From NCBI RefSeq assembly GCF_013365475.1, contig NZ_CP046579.1, forward strand, positions 360,001 to 392,000: DNA of 32,000 nt, written 5' to 3'. The position numbers were made by a program, and so were the translations under genes. Positions 21,223-32,000 of this stretch are shown here, one piece after another. Source of the stretch: Candidatus Saccharimonadota bacterium (GTDB taxonomy: Bacteria > Pseudomonadota > Alphaproteobacteria > Rickettsiales > Anaplasmataceae). Every line of letters starts with the position of its first letter. Position 1 is the first letter of the stretch. The notes beneath the pieces were generated by a model, which was not told the DNA's origin, made no database searches, and was given only the letters and a program-made list of their open reading frames with translations.

Positions 21223-23122
21223 ACTGTGCTATCTAGAGTTACAGTTATATAACATTGCAGGTAAATACTCAAGATTCTTCCTTGCTTTATTTGTGTAGTT
21301 TTTACTTAAGTCCATTTTTTAGAAAAATAAAAATCATTTGTATAGAATGGGGACGAAAATATGTTTGTTAATGGCTAGAGTTTAGATACTAGTGTTATAG
21401 ACAATGGTAATATCTTAGATTTTATTGAGTATTGTACCGATTTTAGAATTTTACAGAGGTATACAAAAATAAAAGAGACAAGCAAAGGCTAGTAATATTT
21501 TATGGAATAACACTAAAATTATGTTCAAGGTGATCTTTTAGTAAATGTGTGTAGAGGAAGTTTATGTGAAGAATTGTAGTTTTCTTGCCTCTAGTTTATA
21601 TCAAAAGCAAATAGTTCTCAGAAATAAGTAAGATATTTTGATATTGCTGTCATCATAGCTGATAGTGTGAGTAATGTCAATTAGATCAGAATTTTGTGCT
21701 TTTTAGATCTATTTTTATAGTAAAAGAAGTAAAATGTTGAGATTAATTGATAGAATAAAAAAGTTCTTACTAAAGAATTCTGTATCACGTTTTGCATGAT
21801 GTAGTATGAAATGAAAATATTAACAAATACAGATTCGCAATATTGACATGAAATTTACTTGTATTGTAAATTCGTCTACACTAAGGCAGTAGCTAGGTAC
21901 TCTTCTATTGAATAGGATACATGCTTTTTTATAAGAAAGTTTTTTTAGCTTTAAGCTAATTAGGTGAGAAAGCAAGCTTTGAGGAAAGAGTTGGAAAGCT
22001 TAGAGAGCTCTAAGTTAAAAAGAAGGATATGGGAATTAGATAAATAGGATTAAGATATTGAAAAACCAGAACAAAGAAAGCTGAACTGAAACAAGAGTTT
22101 TAAAAGTAATGATAGGCTAAAGCAGCGTTAGAACTCTTTAATAGAATAAGTAAAATCTAATCAAGAGATTGAATAAGTATCAGATAATGCAATAGGTCAG
22201 TTGAATTAAGTATAGTTAAAAGCTTAAACAAGCTGTAAAATGGCAATGAGGATTCAGGAACGTTAAATTAATAGTCCAGTAATATAGTAGAGTAAGTAGA
22301 CTTATAAAACATTTATACGGACTTAATCCTATTTCAAGATAGTAATTTTATGGCCAGAAAATGGTGTATGTGATCTTGCTTATCTAAAAAAAACAGGAAT
22401 TTCGACTTAGAACACTTTATCAACAAAAACAGTTTTGTTTCTGTGATATGTAAGACTTTTTGATGAAAATCAAAGTATTCATAATATGAAATTAGAAGTC
22501 TTACCAGAAAACAAAGTTGTAAATGGAACTTACTCCCATCAATCGAGAAAATTATGACATAAAATTTTACCTACTGTATGGTTTTATCAATTTTGAAACT
22601 TTCGATGTAGAATCTTGTGATAAATGCAGCGTGATTTTAGCAAGCTTCAACTAACTTAACTATAAATAATTAAGGAGTTTATTAAGAGAAGAAAGATAAA
22701 GGTCACATATTGCTAATTCCATCTCCATAATTTCCTAAATTAGCACTGATGACACTTGGTTAATTTGAGGACTTGGCTCTACTTAATTATATAGAAAAGT
22801 TTAAAAGGTATATAACTACTACAGCCTTATGCAACCTCAATGGAAAATGCTTAAGTTCTTACCAAACTTTATCATTAAGCCTGTAGATCAGAAACACTTT
22901 AAAAGTGGAAATACTCTTAACTTTTAGTGATGAAACTATTAAAATTTTTGAGTGATTTTCGTCTCACATGTCTTAAAACCATATCAGTGTTGAGGGCAAC
23001 AAGAAGAAAAATTTATTGGGGAAATAGTAACACAGTTGTTTTCAGTGTTCTTCAAAGAAGAGATTACTTAAAAATGCATTTTATTTCATTTAAAATATCT
23101 CATTTAGTTTATTTATATAATA

Positions 23123-23947
23123 GTGAATAAGTTACTGCACAAATTTTACAGCATTGTTTATTGCCTTTATCATGCTTTGATTGATACAATTTGTAATGAT
23201 GGAATGGAGCATGCAGGATATTTATCATTTTTAATCATATTATCAATATTTCCTTTTCTCATTGTCTTAATGGCTTTATCGTCAACTTTTGCAAACTTTT
23301 TAGATCAATATAATATAGGCTGGACATATATAATTGATAATATGCCACAAGACATTTTAGCACCTTTAATGCCACGAATTGAGGAGATAATATCAGGACC
23401 ACCACATAGTTTATTGACTTTAGCAATTGTAGGAGCTGTTTGGACTGCTTCGTCAACAATTGAAGGACTCAGAACAATATTGAATAAAGCATACAAAGTT
23501 CCTGTTTCGCCTCCTTATTTATTAAGAAGAGTACTGAGTATATTGCAATTTTTAGCAATTACTTTTATCATAACTTTAACTATAATATTCTCTGCGTTAG
23601 TGCCAATGCTAATAGGTTTTTCTTATTGTAGGATAAGTTATACAAAATATCTTCTTGTTGAGTTTGTGCTTTTCGTAGTGGTCTCTTGGCTGTATTTTAT
23701 GTTACCAAATATAAAGCAGAACTTGTCAGATGTGTTTCCTGGATCTTGTGTAGCTGTTGCGCTTTGGATAATTTCTGCTTCAATTTTTAAGCAATACTTA
23801 AAAGCTTCCTTTGGTCAGCTAGATTTGATATATGGAAGTTTAGGTGGTGTAGTAGTTTCGTTACTGTTTTTTTATATAGTGAGCTTAATTTTTATATATG
23901 GAGCAAAGTTTAATTTTCAGCTAAAATGTTTTAATGGGTTTCACTGA
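23123..23947 (+). CDS. YihY/BrkB-family inner membrane protein (GTG start)
   Basis: 274 aa and polytopic. AGYLSFLIILSIFPFLIVLMAL, AIVGAVWTASS and YGSLGGVVVSLLFFYIVSLIFIYGAKFN are typical of the YihY/virulence-factor BrkB family. Confidence 0.8.
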   Translation: MNKLLHKFYSIVYCLYHALIDTICNDGMEHAGYLSFLIILSIFPFLIVLMALSSTFANFLDQYNIGWTYIIDNMPQDILAPLMPRIEEIISGPPHSLLTLAIVGAVWTASSTIEGLRTILNKAYKVPVSPPYLLRRVLSILQFLAITFIITLTIIFSALVPMLIGFSYCRISYTKYLLVEFVLFVVVSWLYFMLPNIKQNLSDVFPGSCVAVALWIISASIFKQYLKASFGQLDLIYGSLGGVVVSLLFFYIVSLIFIYGAKFNFQLKCFNGFH

Positions 23948-23958
23948 GGAGGAAATAA

Positions 23959-24708
23959 ATGGGTAAATTAGAAGGTAAAATAGCTTTAATTACTGGTGCT
24001 TCAAGTGAAATAGGATCTGCTGTTGCAAAAAGGTTTGTTAATGAAGGTGCATATGTAATTTTAGTTTCAAGGTCTGTTGATAATCTCAGACCACTTTATA
24101 GTGAAATTGAAAAACTTGAAAAGTTCAAGGAAGGCTATGTAAAGCTAATCCAGCTTGATCTTTTAGATTTTGAGAATGTAAAGGTACTAGCAAATATGAT
24201 GGAAAGCTTGAAGTTATCAGAATCTGGGATACTTGATATATTAGTTGCATGTATTGGGGTTTTCGGTAAGTTAAGTTCTGTTCATGACTGTGAACTTGAA
24301 GAATTACAGAATGTAATGAATACAAATTTTACTGCCAATTGGTACTTGCTAAAAAATTTAGATCCTGTGCTAAGAAAATCTAGTTCTGGAAGAGTAATAT
24401 TCATGACCTCAGAAGTGACTCTTTCTCCATCTTCTTATCCATATTTGGTACCTTATGCTGCGAGTAAAGCTGCGCTAGAAATTATGGTGAAGATATATGC
24501 ATCTGAAACAAAATATACAAAACTATGTGTAAATGCTGTGTATCAGGAAGGATATGTTGACAGTGAAATGTATAAGCAAGCCCTTCCTGAGAAGGATATT
24601 CCTAAATTAGTATTACCTAATAAACTAACAGATAAGTTTGTAGAATTGGCTTCTGAGGATTGCAACATATCTGGAGCAATCTTACCACTGAGTAACCCCG
24701 TTGAATGA
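23959..24708 (+). CDS. short-chain dehydrogenase/reductase (SDR) family oxidoreductase
   Basis: 249 aa with Rossmann motif GKIALITGASSEIGSAVAKRF and catalytic YAASKAAL (YxxxK). The substrate cannot be assigned. Confidence 0.85.
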   Translation: MGKLEGKIALITGASSEIGSAVAKRFVNEGAYVILVSRSVDNLRPLYSEIEKLEKFKEGYVKLIQLDLLDFENVKVLANMMESLKLSESGILDILVACIGVFGKLSSVHDCELEELQNVMNTNFTANWYLLKNLDPVLRKSSSGRVIFMTSEVTLSPSSYPYLVPYAASKAALEIMVKIYASETKYTKLCVNAVYQEGYVDSEMYKQALPEKDIPKLVLPNKLTDKFVELASEDCNISGAILPLSNPVE

Positions 24709-24855
24709 GTTATGTAAATATCTTCTCTATCTAAAAGACTGCACTAAATTTAAATTACTTGGTTTTTACCTGCTTATATAGTTATAGATTTAATAAAATT
24801 TCTCTTTATGGGAAAGATTAGTAACATTCTCAAGTTAAGGGTTATTATTGCAGTT

Positions 24856-27800
24856 ATGCCAAAATATACAGATATAGAATCTATATTAATAATAGGAGCA
24901 GGTCCAATAGTTATAGGGCAGGCATGTGAATTTGACTATTCGGGGACTCAAAGTTGCAAGGTATTAAAGAGTGAAGGTTATAAAGTTATCCTGGTGAATT
25001 CTAACCCTGCAACTATAATGACAGATCCTGAATTTTCTGATGCAACGTATATTGAACCTATACTGCCTGAGATCGTAGAAAAAATCATAATTAAGGAAAA
25101 ACCGGATGCGGTATTGCCAACGATGGGTGGTCAAACTGCCTTGAATTGTGCAATGAGGCTTGCAGATGATGGGGTATTGGATACATATAATGTGAAATTA
25201 ATCGGTGTAAGTAGAGAGGCAATAAAAAAAGCAGAGGATAGAGACCTATTTCGCAAATCCATGGATAAGATAGGTCTGAAGTATCCTAAAAGTATGATCG
25301 TAAAAAATCAAAGGCAAATAAAGGAAGCTCTGGATTATATTGGGTTACCTGCAATCATACGTTCATCATTTACTCTTGGTGGTGCAGGTAGTGGTATAGC
25401 ATACAATAAAGAGGAATTTTTTAGTATCGCCGGAAATGCCATGAAAATTTCACCAATAAATGAAGCTCAGGTGGATGAATCTATTATTGGGTGGAAAGAA
25501 TATGAGATGGAAGTTATTCGAGATTATAAGGACAACTGTATAGTGGTCTGCTCGATAGAGAATGTTGATCCTATGGGAGTTCACACAGGTGATAGCATTG
25601 CAGTTGCTCCTGCTTTAACTTTACGCGATGCGGAATACCAGCAAATGAGAAATGCATCTATAGCAGTACTGAGAGAAATTGATATCAGTACAGGTGGTGC
25701 AAATGTGCAGTTTGCAGTCAATCCTAAACAAGATGGGAGTCTTATTGTGATAGAAATGAATCCAAGAGTTTCTCGTTCTTCTGCACTTGCTTCAAAAGCG
25801 ACAGGATATCCCATAGCAAAAATTGCAACTAAACTTGCTATTGGCTATTCACTTGATGAAATACGTAACGACTGTACACCATCTATACCTGCTGCATTTG
25901 AGCCAGCAATTGATTATGTTGTTACTAAAGTCCCTCGTTTTGAGTTTGAAAAATTTAAGGGAACAGATTGTGAGTTATCAACTTCTATGAAATCAGTAGG
26001 AGAAGTGATGTCTATAGGACGTACTTTCAACGAATCAATACAGAAAGCTTTCCGTTCACTTGAAACTGGGCTTACAGGATTTGATGAAGTGTTCTCGAAG
26101 GATACAGACATTGATCATATAAAATCTCAGTTAGCAAAATTCCTACCAAATAGATTGCTAGCTGCTGCTGACGCGATGCGTCATGGAATAAGCATAGAAG
26201 AAATAAATTCAATTACAAAATATGATCTATGGTTTCTTCAGAATATACAACAAATTATATTGGCTGAACAGAAAATTAAAGAAACTGGTTTGCCTGAAGC
26301 TGCACATGAAATATTAGAACTAAAAAAGATGGGGTTTTCAGATGCAAGACTTGCAAATTTGAGCAATAAACTTCCTATTATTGAAGAATCTAATGCTGAA
26401 GTTCAGGTGCAAATTTCCAATTCAAATGCAACGATACTGGATCGTATTGAGCAAATTGAAGCCATGAGAAAGAAATTTAACATTAACCAAGTTTATAAAC
26501 GTGTAGATACTTGTGCAGCTGAATTTGAATCTAGTACTGCTTATATGTATGGCTGCTATGAGGGAGAGATTATGAATAAGGCAGAATGCGAAGCAAACGT
26601 TTCTGACAGAGAAAAGGTTGTTATTTTAGGTAGTGGACCAAACCGTATTGGTCAAGGTATTGAATTTGATTATGCATGTGTGCATGCAGTTTCTGCTGCT
26701 AAAGAAATGGGATATGAAACAATAATGGTTAATTGTAATCCTGAAACTGTTTCAACTGATTACGATACTGCTGATCGCTTGTATTTTGCCTCATTGACTG
26801 AAGAAGACGTACTTGATGTGTTAAGTAAAGAGCAAGAGAACGGCACGTTGATGGGTGTCATAGTTCAAATAGGTGGCCAAACACCTTTAAAATTAGCTAA
26901 AACACTAAGTGAAAGGGGTTTTAATATTTTAGGCACATCTTTTGATTCTATAGATCTTGCTGAAGACCGGATGAGATTTAGAAACCTTGCTTTACAACTT
27001 AATTTAAAACAACCTGAAAATTCTATCTGTTATTCAGTAGAAGAGGCGTTAACTAATGCAAAAGAAATTGGGTTCCCATTAGTAGTTAGACCATCCTACG
27101 TTTTAGGTGGCCAATCAATGTCAATTAAGCACGATATTCATAGCTTTAAGGAATATGTTCTTAGTCAGACTAAAATTTTTAGACATGGGTCGTTGTTGCT
27201 TGATAAATTCTTAGCAAATGCAGTTGAGATCGATGTTGATGCTGTATGTGATGGAGAAAAAGTTTTCATTGCAGCAATTATGGAGCATATTGAAGAAGCT
27301 GGAATTCATTCTGGTGATTCAACTTGTTCAATACCAACGAATACATTAAATAATGAAACTATAAAAGAGATCATACTTCAAACTGAAAAAGTAGCTCTTG
27401 AATTAAAGGTGAAAGGTCTTATAAATATTCAGTTTGCTATTCAGGAAAGTGATGTGTATATACTTGAAGTGAACTTGAGAGCTAGTCGCACAGTTCCTTT
27501 TATTTCTAAGGTAATTAATGTTCCTGTTGCAAAGCTTGCTACTCAAGTTATTCTAGGTAGGAAACTAAAGCAAGAAAAAAAATCTATTAGTCATTTCGCA
27601 GTCAAGGCTGCTGTTTTCCCGTTTTCTCATTTTTCTGGAGTTGATGTTTTGCTTGGTCCTGAAATGAAATCAACAGGAGAGGTCATGGGGATTGACTCAT
27701 CCTTTGAAGCTGCGCTTGCAAAAGCGTACATGGCCGCAGGATATAAGTTGCCAACAGAAGGAAAAGCTTTGATTTCAGTGAAAGATGATGATAAAGAGCA

Positions 27801-28161
27801 AATATTATTAGTTGCACGAATGTTGAAAGAATTAGGTTTTGAAGTATATGCTACAAGCGGTACAGCTTTGTATTTAAACAATAATGGTATATCTGCAAAA
27901 GCTGTAAATAAGGTGAGAGAAGGAAGACCTCATATAGTTGATATGCTCAAAGATGGGAAAATAAGTCTAGTAATTAATACTTCGAAAGGTGTAAAATCAA
28001 TCTCGGATAGCAAGGATATTCGTAGAATTGCTATTTCGCAAAATATAGCTTACAGCACTACTGCTTCTGGAAGTAGAGCGCTAGTTCTTGCCATTCAACA
28101 TTTAAAAAATAGTAAACTAGAAGTGAAGTCATTGCAACAAATACAGAATGTTAAGTATTGA
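24856..28161 (+). CDS. carB: carbamoyl-phosphate synthase large subunit
   Basis: About 1101 aa from ATG 24856 ([32 protein letters not shown]). It has duplicated ATP-grasp halves, [23 protein letters not shown], the second-half [15 protein letters not shown] and an MGS-like C-terminal domain. The 16-codon upstream extension in the ORF track is not conserved-looking. Confidence 0.95.
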   Translation: MPKYTDIESILIIGAGPIVIGQACEFDYSGTQSCKVLKSEGYKVILVNSNPATIMTDPEFSDATYIEPILPEIVEKIIIKEKPDAVLPTMGGQTALNCAMRLADDGVLDTYNVKLIGVSREAIKKAEDRDLFRKSMDKIGLKYPKSMIVKNQRQIKEALDYIGLPAIIRSSFTLGGAGSGIAYNKEEFFSIAGNAMKISPINEAQVDESIIGWKEYEMEVIRDYKDNCIVVCSIENVDPMGVHTGDSIAVAPALTLRDAEYQQMRNASIAVLREIDISTGGANVQFAVNPKQDGSLIVIEMNPRVSRSSALASKATGYPIAKIATKLAIGYSLDEIRNDCTPSIPAAFEPAIDYVVTKVPRFEFEKFKGTDCELSTSMKSVGEVMSIGRTFNESIQKAFRSLETGLTGFDEVFSKDTDIDHIKSQLAKFLPNRLLAAADAMRHGISIEEINSITKYDLWFLQNIQQIILAEQKIKETGLPEAAHEILELKKMGFSDARLANLSNKLPIIEESNAEVQVQISNSNATILDRIEQIEAMRKKFNINQVYKRVDTCAAEFESSTAYMYGCYEGEIMNKAECEANVSDREKVVILGSGPNRIGQGIEFDYACVHAVSAAKEMGYETIMVNCNPETVSTDYDTADRLYFASLTEEDVLDVLSKEQENGTLMGVIVQIGGQTPLKLAKTLSERGFNILGTSFDSIDLAEDRMRFRNLALQLNLKQPENSICYSVEEALTNAKEIGFPLVVRPSYVLGGQSMSIKHDIHSFKEYVLSQTKIFRHGSLLLDKFLANAVEIDVDAVCDGEKVFIAAIMEHIEEAGIHSGDSTCSIPTNTLNNETIKEIILQTEKVALELKVKGLINIQFAIQESDVYILEVNLRASRTVPFISKVINVPVAKLATQVILGRKLKQEKKSISHFAVKAAVFPFSHFSGVDVLLGPEMKSTGEVMGIDSSFEAALAKAYMAAGYKLPTEGKALISVKDDDKEQILLVARMLKELGFEVYATSGTALYLNNNGISAKAVNKVREGRPHIVDMLKDGKISLVINTSKGVKSISDSKDIRRIAISQNIAYSTTASGSRALVLAIQHLKNSKLEVKSLQQIQNVKY

Positions 28162-28295
28162 GACTAAAATGGTTTTATATGTAATTTTAACATTTTTGGT
28201 GGAATAGCTTTCTTAGCTAATGAAATTAAAGTTTGCTGAGATCATGATAAAAAGCTAATATAGTGATCTTAAATTACATAAAAGTTTAACATATG

Positions 28296-28369
28296 CGGGA
28301 GTGATGAGACTTGAACCCACGACCTCATGCGTGACAGGCATGCGCTCTAACCAACTGAGCTACACCCCC
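28296..28369 (-). tRNA. tRNA-Asp (anticodon GTC)
   Basis: The reverse complement GGGGGTGTAGCTCAGTTGGTTAGAGCGCATGCCTGTCACGCATGAGGTCGTGGGTTCAAGTCTCATCACTCCCG folds by hand into a cloverleaf. Acceptor stem is 7 bp (GGGGGTG/CACTCCC with one G-U), D stem is GCTC/GAGC, and anticodon stem is CATGC/GCATG with loop CTGTCAC. T stem is GTGGG/CTCAT with two G-U pairs, and the discriminator is G. No encoded CCA. Confidence 0.92.
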
Positions 28370-28540
28370 ATTTTTTTACTTTAATTTTTAAGCTAATGAG
28401 TATGCTATATTTTGTCAATATTTTATTTGCGCTTTGGTGCCTTTTATATTACCATAAAAATAGTTTAATTTTACATATGACTTATACAGATAATCTTATT
28501 AAGGTTATTTGATAAAAGATGAACTGTTTTGGGGATTAAT

Positions 28541-29380
28541 ATGGTGAATTTACCTGAAATCACTATGCGTGATTTAGCTAGTTCTGGTGTGCATTTTGGT
28601 CATAAAATTAATCGATGGAATGCGAAAATGGCTCCATACATATATGGGATACATCAAGAAAACCGTATACATATAATTGATTTGCGGAAAACATTACCTC
28701 TGCTACAGGTAGCAATGAAAGCTTTATACGATATTGCATCTCAAGGCGGTCGCATTTTATTTGTTGGTACGAAATTTCAGGCTTTAGATATTATTGCAAA
28801 TGAAGCAATCCGTTGTGGTCAATACTATGTGAATTATCGTTGGTTAGGTGGTATGCTTACTAACTGGGGAACTGTTTCTTCCTCGATAAGAACTCTAGTT
28901 CAATATGAGAAAATTTTGAATGATGAAAATAGTGTTTTAACCAAGAAAGAATTAGGAAATCTTGAAAAAAAAAGGCAAAAACTTGACAAGGCATTAGGCG
29001 GTATTAGAGAGATGGGAGCAATTCCAGATATTCTATTTATTATTGATACCAATAAAGAGCATATTGCTGTTAAAGAGGCTGTAAAATTAGGAATTCCGAT
29101 AGTTGCGGTGCTTGATACTAACTCTAATCCAGATGATATTACTTATCCTATACCAGGAAATGATGACTCAAGGAAATCAGTAGAACTTTATTGCAGGTTA
29201 GCTGCTGATTGTATATTAGCTGGGATAGAATCTAGTTTGACAAAATCTGGAGTTAAGGTTGGTGATATAAATATAAAGGGTGATGAGTTTACTAAAGAGG
29301 AAGAAAATAGTATTGTGCAAACTAAAAAGAGGCATAGTAAGATTTACAAGGGAGAGGAAAAGGATGGTAGTAGCAGATGA
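28541..29380 (+). CDS. rpsB: 30S ribosomal protein S2
   Basis: [22 protein letters not shown], then ILFVGTK and [12 protein letters not shown]. Start placed at ATG 28541 rather than the TTG at 28529 given in the ORF track. Confidence 0.94.
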   Translation: MVNLPEITMRDLASSGVHFGHKINRWNAKMAPYIYGIHQENRIHIIDLRKTLPLLQVAMKALYDIASQGGRILFVGTKFQALDIIANEAIRCGQYYVNYRWLGGMLTNWGTVSSSIRTLVQYEKILNDENSVLTKKELGNLEKKRQKLDKALGGIREMGAIPDILFIIDTNKEHIAVKEAVKLGIPIVAVLDTNSNPDDITYPIPGNDDSRKSVELYCRLAADCILAGIESSLTKSGVKVGDINIKGDEFTKEEENSIVQTKKRHSKIYKGEEKDGSSR

Positions 29381-30249
29381 AAATCAGTACAAGTAGTATA
29401 AAGGAGCTGCGTGATAGAACAGGTATTGGTATAGGTGACTGTAAGAAAGCGTTAGAAGAGTGTAATGGTGATATTAAAAAGGCTATTGATAAATTACGTG
29501 TAATAGGACTTGCTAAAGCTGACAAGAAAGTTGATAGGGTAACTTCAGATGGGCTAGTTGCTATGCATTTAAATAGAAATCGTGGTGTATTGATTGAGCT
29601 CAATTGTGAAACTGATTTTGTTGCAAGAAATGAAAAGTTTATAAAATTGATTTTAAACTTAGTATCAATTGCTTATCGAAAGCGCTGTACTAATATTGAT
29701 GATTTAAAAAATGCTGAATATGAAGATATTGGTACTGTGCAAGAAGTTATTATAAATAATACATCTATTTTCGGGGAAAAGGTGGAGTTGAGTAAGCTTT
29801 GTTACCTAGAAAACGATGAAGATGGTGTTATTGCTGGCTATGTGCATGGTGATATATGTAATCTTGGTAAAATTGGAGCTTTAGTTGCGTTGCAGTCATC
29901 AGGTGATCAATCAAAGTTACAGGAGATTGGAAAGCAAATAGCAATGCATGTAGTTGCTATGAAACCAGAAGCTCTTTCTATAGATAATTTGTGTTGTACA
30001 AAATTAAGTAATGAGCGTTCTATAGTTGAAAAACAAGTAAATAGCTTAAATAAGCCTGAAGAAATAACAAAAAAAATAGTAGATGGACAAATAGCCAAGT
30101 ATTATGAGAAAGTTGTTCTATTGGAGCAGAAGTTTATAAAAGATGATAAGATAAAAGTTTCTGATTTTATAAAGTTAAATGAATCAAGTGTAAATTCTCC
30201 TATTAAGTTATCTGATTATAAGTTACTTATTTTGGGCAATAGAAGTTAA
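29377..30249 (+). CDS. tsf: translation elongation factor Ts
   Basis: 290 aa with the UBA-like N-terminus [34 protein letters not shown], then [19 protein letters not shown] overlap with rpsB. Confidence 0.94.
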   Translation: MKISTSSIKELRDRTGIGIGDCKKALEECNGDIKKAIDKLRVIGLAKADKKVDRVTSDGLVAMHLNRNRGVLIELNCETDFVARNEKFIKLILNLVSIAYRKRCTNIDDLKNAEYEDIGTVQEVIINNTSIFGEKVELSKLCYLENDEDGVIAGYVHGDICNLGKIGALVALQSSGDQSKLQEIGKQIAMHVVAMKPEALSIDNLCCTKLSNERSIVEKQVNSLNKPEEITKKIVDGQIAKYYEKVVLLEQKFIKDDKIKVSDFIKLNESSVNSPIKLSDYKLLILGNRS

Positions 30250-30259
30250 GTAATTAGAG

Positions 30260-31000
30260 GTGGACAATGCAATAAACAAAGGAAATAAGGTAAAATACTC
30301 TAGAGTCTTATTCAAGATTTCTGGTGAAGCTTTGATGGGCTCACGTGCTTTTGGCCACGATATGGAAGTTATAGATAAGTTATGTAAAGGTATAGCTGAT
30401 ATTTATAGCCTTGGAGTTCAGGTCTGTGTTGTTGTTGGTGGTGGTAATATCTTTCGTGGTGCATCTGCATCCTTAAATGGTTGTGAGAGAGCAAGCAGTG
30501 ACTATATTGGAATGCTTGCAACTGTAATTAATGCTTTAATTTTACAAAACTTCCTAGAGAAAAATTCAGTAGGGTCTAGGGTATTGTCTGCAATACCTAT
30601 GACTTCTATATGTGAGCCTTATATAAGGAGAAAAGCTATTCGTCATTTGGAAAAAGGTAGAGTAGTGATCTTTGCAGCAGGCACTGGTAATCCATTTTTT
30701 ACTACAGATACAGCTGCAGTTCTACGTGCTATTGAAACAAATTGTGATGTTATCATAAAAGGCACACAAGTAAATGGTATATATTCTGCTGATCCTGGAG
30801 AGCATGAGGATGCTATAATGTATGATAGGCTTTCTTATATGGATTTGTTAACACGTGATTTAAGGGTTATGGATGCTTCAGCTATCTCTCTTGCACGTGA
30901 GCATTCTATTCCAATTATAGTTTTCTCTTTGAAAGGAGAAAAAATAGCTAATATTATTAAGGGGTTTGGCACTTATACTATAGTTTCAGGTTGCAAGTGA
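30260..31000 (+). CDS. pyrH: UMP kinase (GTG start)
   Basis: 246 aa with [34 protein letters not shown] and [20 protein letters not shown]. Confidence 0.94.
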   Translation: MDNAINKGNKVKYSRVLFKISGEALMGSRAFGHDMEVIDKLCKGIADIYSLGVQVCVVVGGGNIFRGASASLNGCERASSDYIGMLATVINALILQNFLEKNSVGSRVLSAIPMTSICEPYIRRKAIRHLEKGRVVIFAAGTGNPFFTTDTAAVLRAIETNCDVIIKGTQVNGIYSADPGEHEDAIMYDRLSYMDLLTRDLRVMDASAISLAREHSIPIIVFSLKGEKIANIIKGFGTYTIVSGCK

Positions 31001-31010
31001 TAAAAAGCTT

Positions 31011-31568
31011 ATGTTAAGTGAAGTAAAAACTAAAATGAAAGAAAGGATGCTAAAAACTGTTCAATCTTTTTGCAATAATATTAAAGGTATACGTACTGGT
31101 AGAGCTAGCGTATCATTACTAGATGGTATAGTTGTAAATGCCTATAGTGGGCATCAAAAGCTAAGTCAGGTTGCAGATATCTCAGTTACAGATAATAAGA
31201 CCTTATCAATTAAAGTTTGGGATGTTAGTATTATAGGTGAGATAAAAAATGCTATATTGAATACTAACTTAAATTTCAACTATGTTATTGAAAATAACAC
31301 TATACGTATAACTCTTCCAGATCTAACACAAGAAGCTCGTAGAAGGTTAGTAAAGTTGCTACACCAGTTTGCTGAGAGTGCACGAGTTGCTATTAGAAAT
31401 ATACGTAGAGATGTCATGGAGGAGATAGAAAAAATGCAGGAAAGTAAAGAAATCTCAGAAGATGATTTCCATGATGCTAAAAAACAGGTACAAAATATTA
31501 CTGATAATAATATTAAAAAGATTGATGGTGAATTTTCCATTAAAGAAAGGGAAATATTATATCGTTAG
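31011..31568 (+). CDS. frr: ribosome recycling factor
   Basis: 185 aa with IRTGRASVSLLDGIVVNAYSG, IRITLPDLTQEARRRLVK and ARVAIRNIRRD. Confidence 0.94.
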   Translation: MLSEVKTKMKERMLKTVQSFCNNIKGIRTGRASVSLLDGIVVNAYSGHQKLSQVADISVTDNKTLSIKVWDVSIIGEIKNAILNTNLNFNYVIENNTIRITLPDLTQEARRRLVKLLHQFAESARVAIRNIRRDVMEEIEKMQESKEISEDDFHDAKKQVQNITDNNIKKIDGEFSIKEREILYR

Positions 31569-31880
31569 GTTATGATATAAATAAGAGTGAATACTTTCAG
31601 CTCTATTGTAATGTATAATGATAGTTGGTATGTAACTATATAAACATTATGACTTTAGAATAGTTTCTATCAAAAAGAATACCTTTTTAGTAACCAGCGT
31701 TTTAATAAAGCTTTTCATATGCCTTCATTAAGGATATTGTATTTTTAACATAATCATGACTTCTTTTGAACTTATCAGCTTAGTGTACTTTCTGTATCAT
31801 GGAACTGGAATAACACATTTTCAGATGCCTTCTGAGATTGAAAAAATTTCACTTAAGTTGCAAAATCTGATTAAATTAAG

Positions 31881-32000
31881 ATGTTGAATCTAGAATCTCT
31901 GCCAAAACATTTAGCCATCATAATGGATGGTAATAGTAGATGGGCAAGCAAGCAGGGTAGGATAAAGATTGATGGTTATAGGAAAGGTAGTGAAGTTGCG
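31881..32000 (+). CDS. uppS: undecaprenyl-diphosphate synthase, N-terminal fragment (continues beyond the window)
   Basis: MLNLESLPKHLAIIMDGNSRWASKQGRIKIDGYRKGSEVA contains the UppS signature H.AIIMDGN.RWA. It occupies the conserved position after frr. Confidence 0.85.
   Translation, partial: MLNLESLPKHLAIIMDGNSRWASKQGRIKIDGYRKGSEVA

Noticed and set aside
21964-22266. Calling the purine-rich segment a defined coiled-coil pseudogene feature
   Set aside because: The stop density in the best-looking frame (10 in 101 codons) is about what random sequence of this composition gives. The Lys/Glu-rich appearance follows automatically from A/G richness. It is reported only as a hypothesis, not as an annotated feature.
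22927-23130. 67-aa ORF upstream of yihY
   Set aside because: It is short and has a non-ATG start, no recognisable SD and no family motif. It runs into the yihY start codon and is probably chance or residual sequence of the decayed tract.
31569-31880. 312-bp spacer between frr and uppS, which are usually tightly linked
   Set aside because: It is AT-rich with no ORF, hairpin, repeat or RNA motif that I could recognise. It fits the general spacer expansion seen elsewhere in this window and is not a distinct feature.

Overview
AT-rich (about 30% GC by eye, not computed) core-chromosome segment of a reduced intracellular alphaproteobacterium. The 16S rRNA gene (12356-13860) carries stretches I recognise from Wolbachia/Anaplasmataceae 16S. 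It is unlinked from 23S/5S and is followed directly by sdhC-sdhD, the arrangement known for Anaplasmataceae. A BLAST/SILVA search is needed to name the taxon. Contents in order: (1) the distal spc/alpha ribosomal-protein operon, rplE'-rpsN-rpsH-rplF-rplR-rpsE-rplO-secY-adk-rpsM-rpsK-rpoA-rplQ; (2) pstS; (3) on the minus strand, ctaG, a frameshifted Bax-inhibitor-1 family gene and a TrmH-family methyltransferase; (4) an Smr-domain gene; (5) a membrane-anchored hypothetical gene (minus strand); (6) a consensus-like promoter, 16S rRNA and sdhCD; (7) an orphan 415-aa membrane protein; (8) a LolC/E permease; (9) a PMM/PGM mutase (minus strand); (10) YihY, an SDR and carB; (11) tRNA-Asp (minus strand); (12) rpsB-tsf-pyrH-frr-uppS'. 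I see no CRISPR array, transposase, integrase, phage module, defence system or toxin-antitoxin pair, and I cannot support a claim that this window holds a defined novel multi-gene system. The unusual parts are three long ORF-free tracts (1.1, 1.46 and 1.9 kb) that bracket lolC and the mutase gene, and the orphan membrane protein beside the first tract. Two smaller points are a 14-bp helix flanking the 16S gene whose 3' half lies just upstream of sdhC, and a single-nucleotide frameshift in the BI-1 gene. All functional calls come from motif recognition in the supplied translations and from gene order. No database search was possible.
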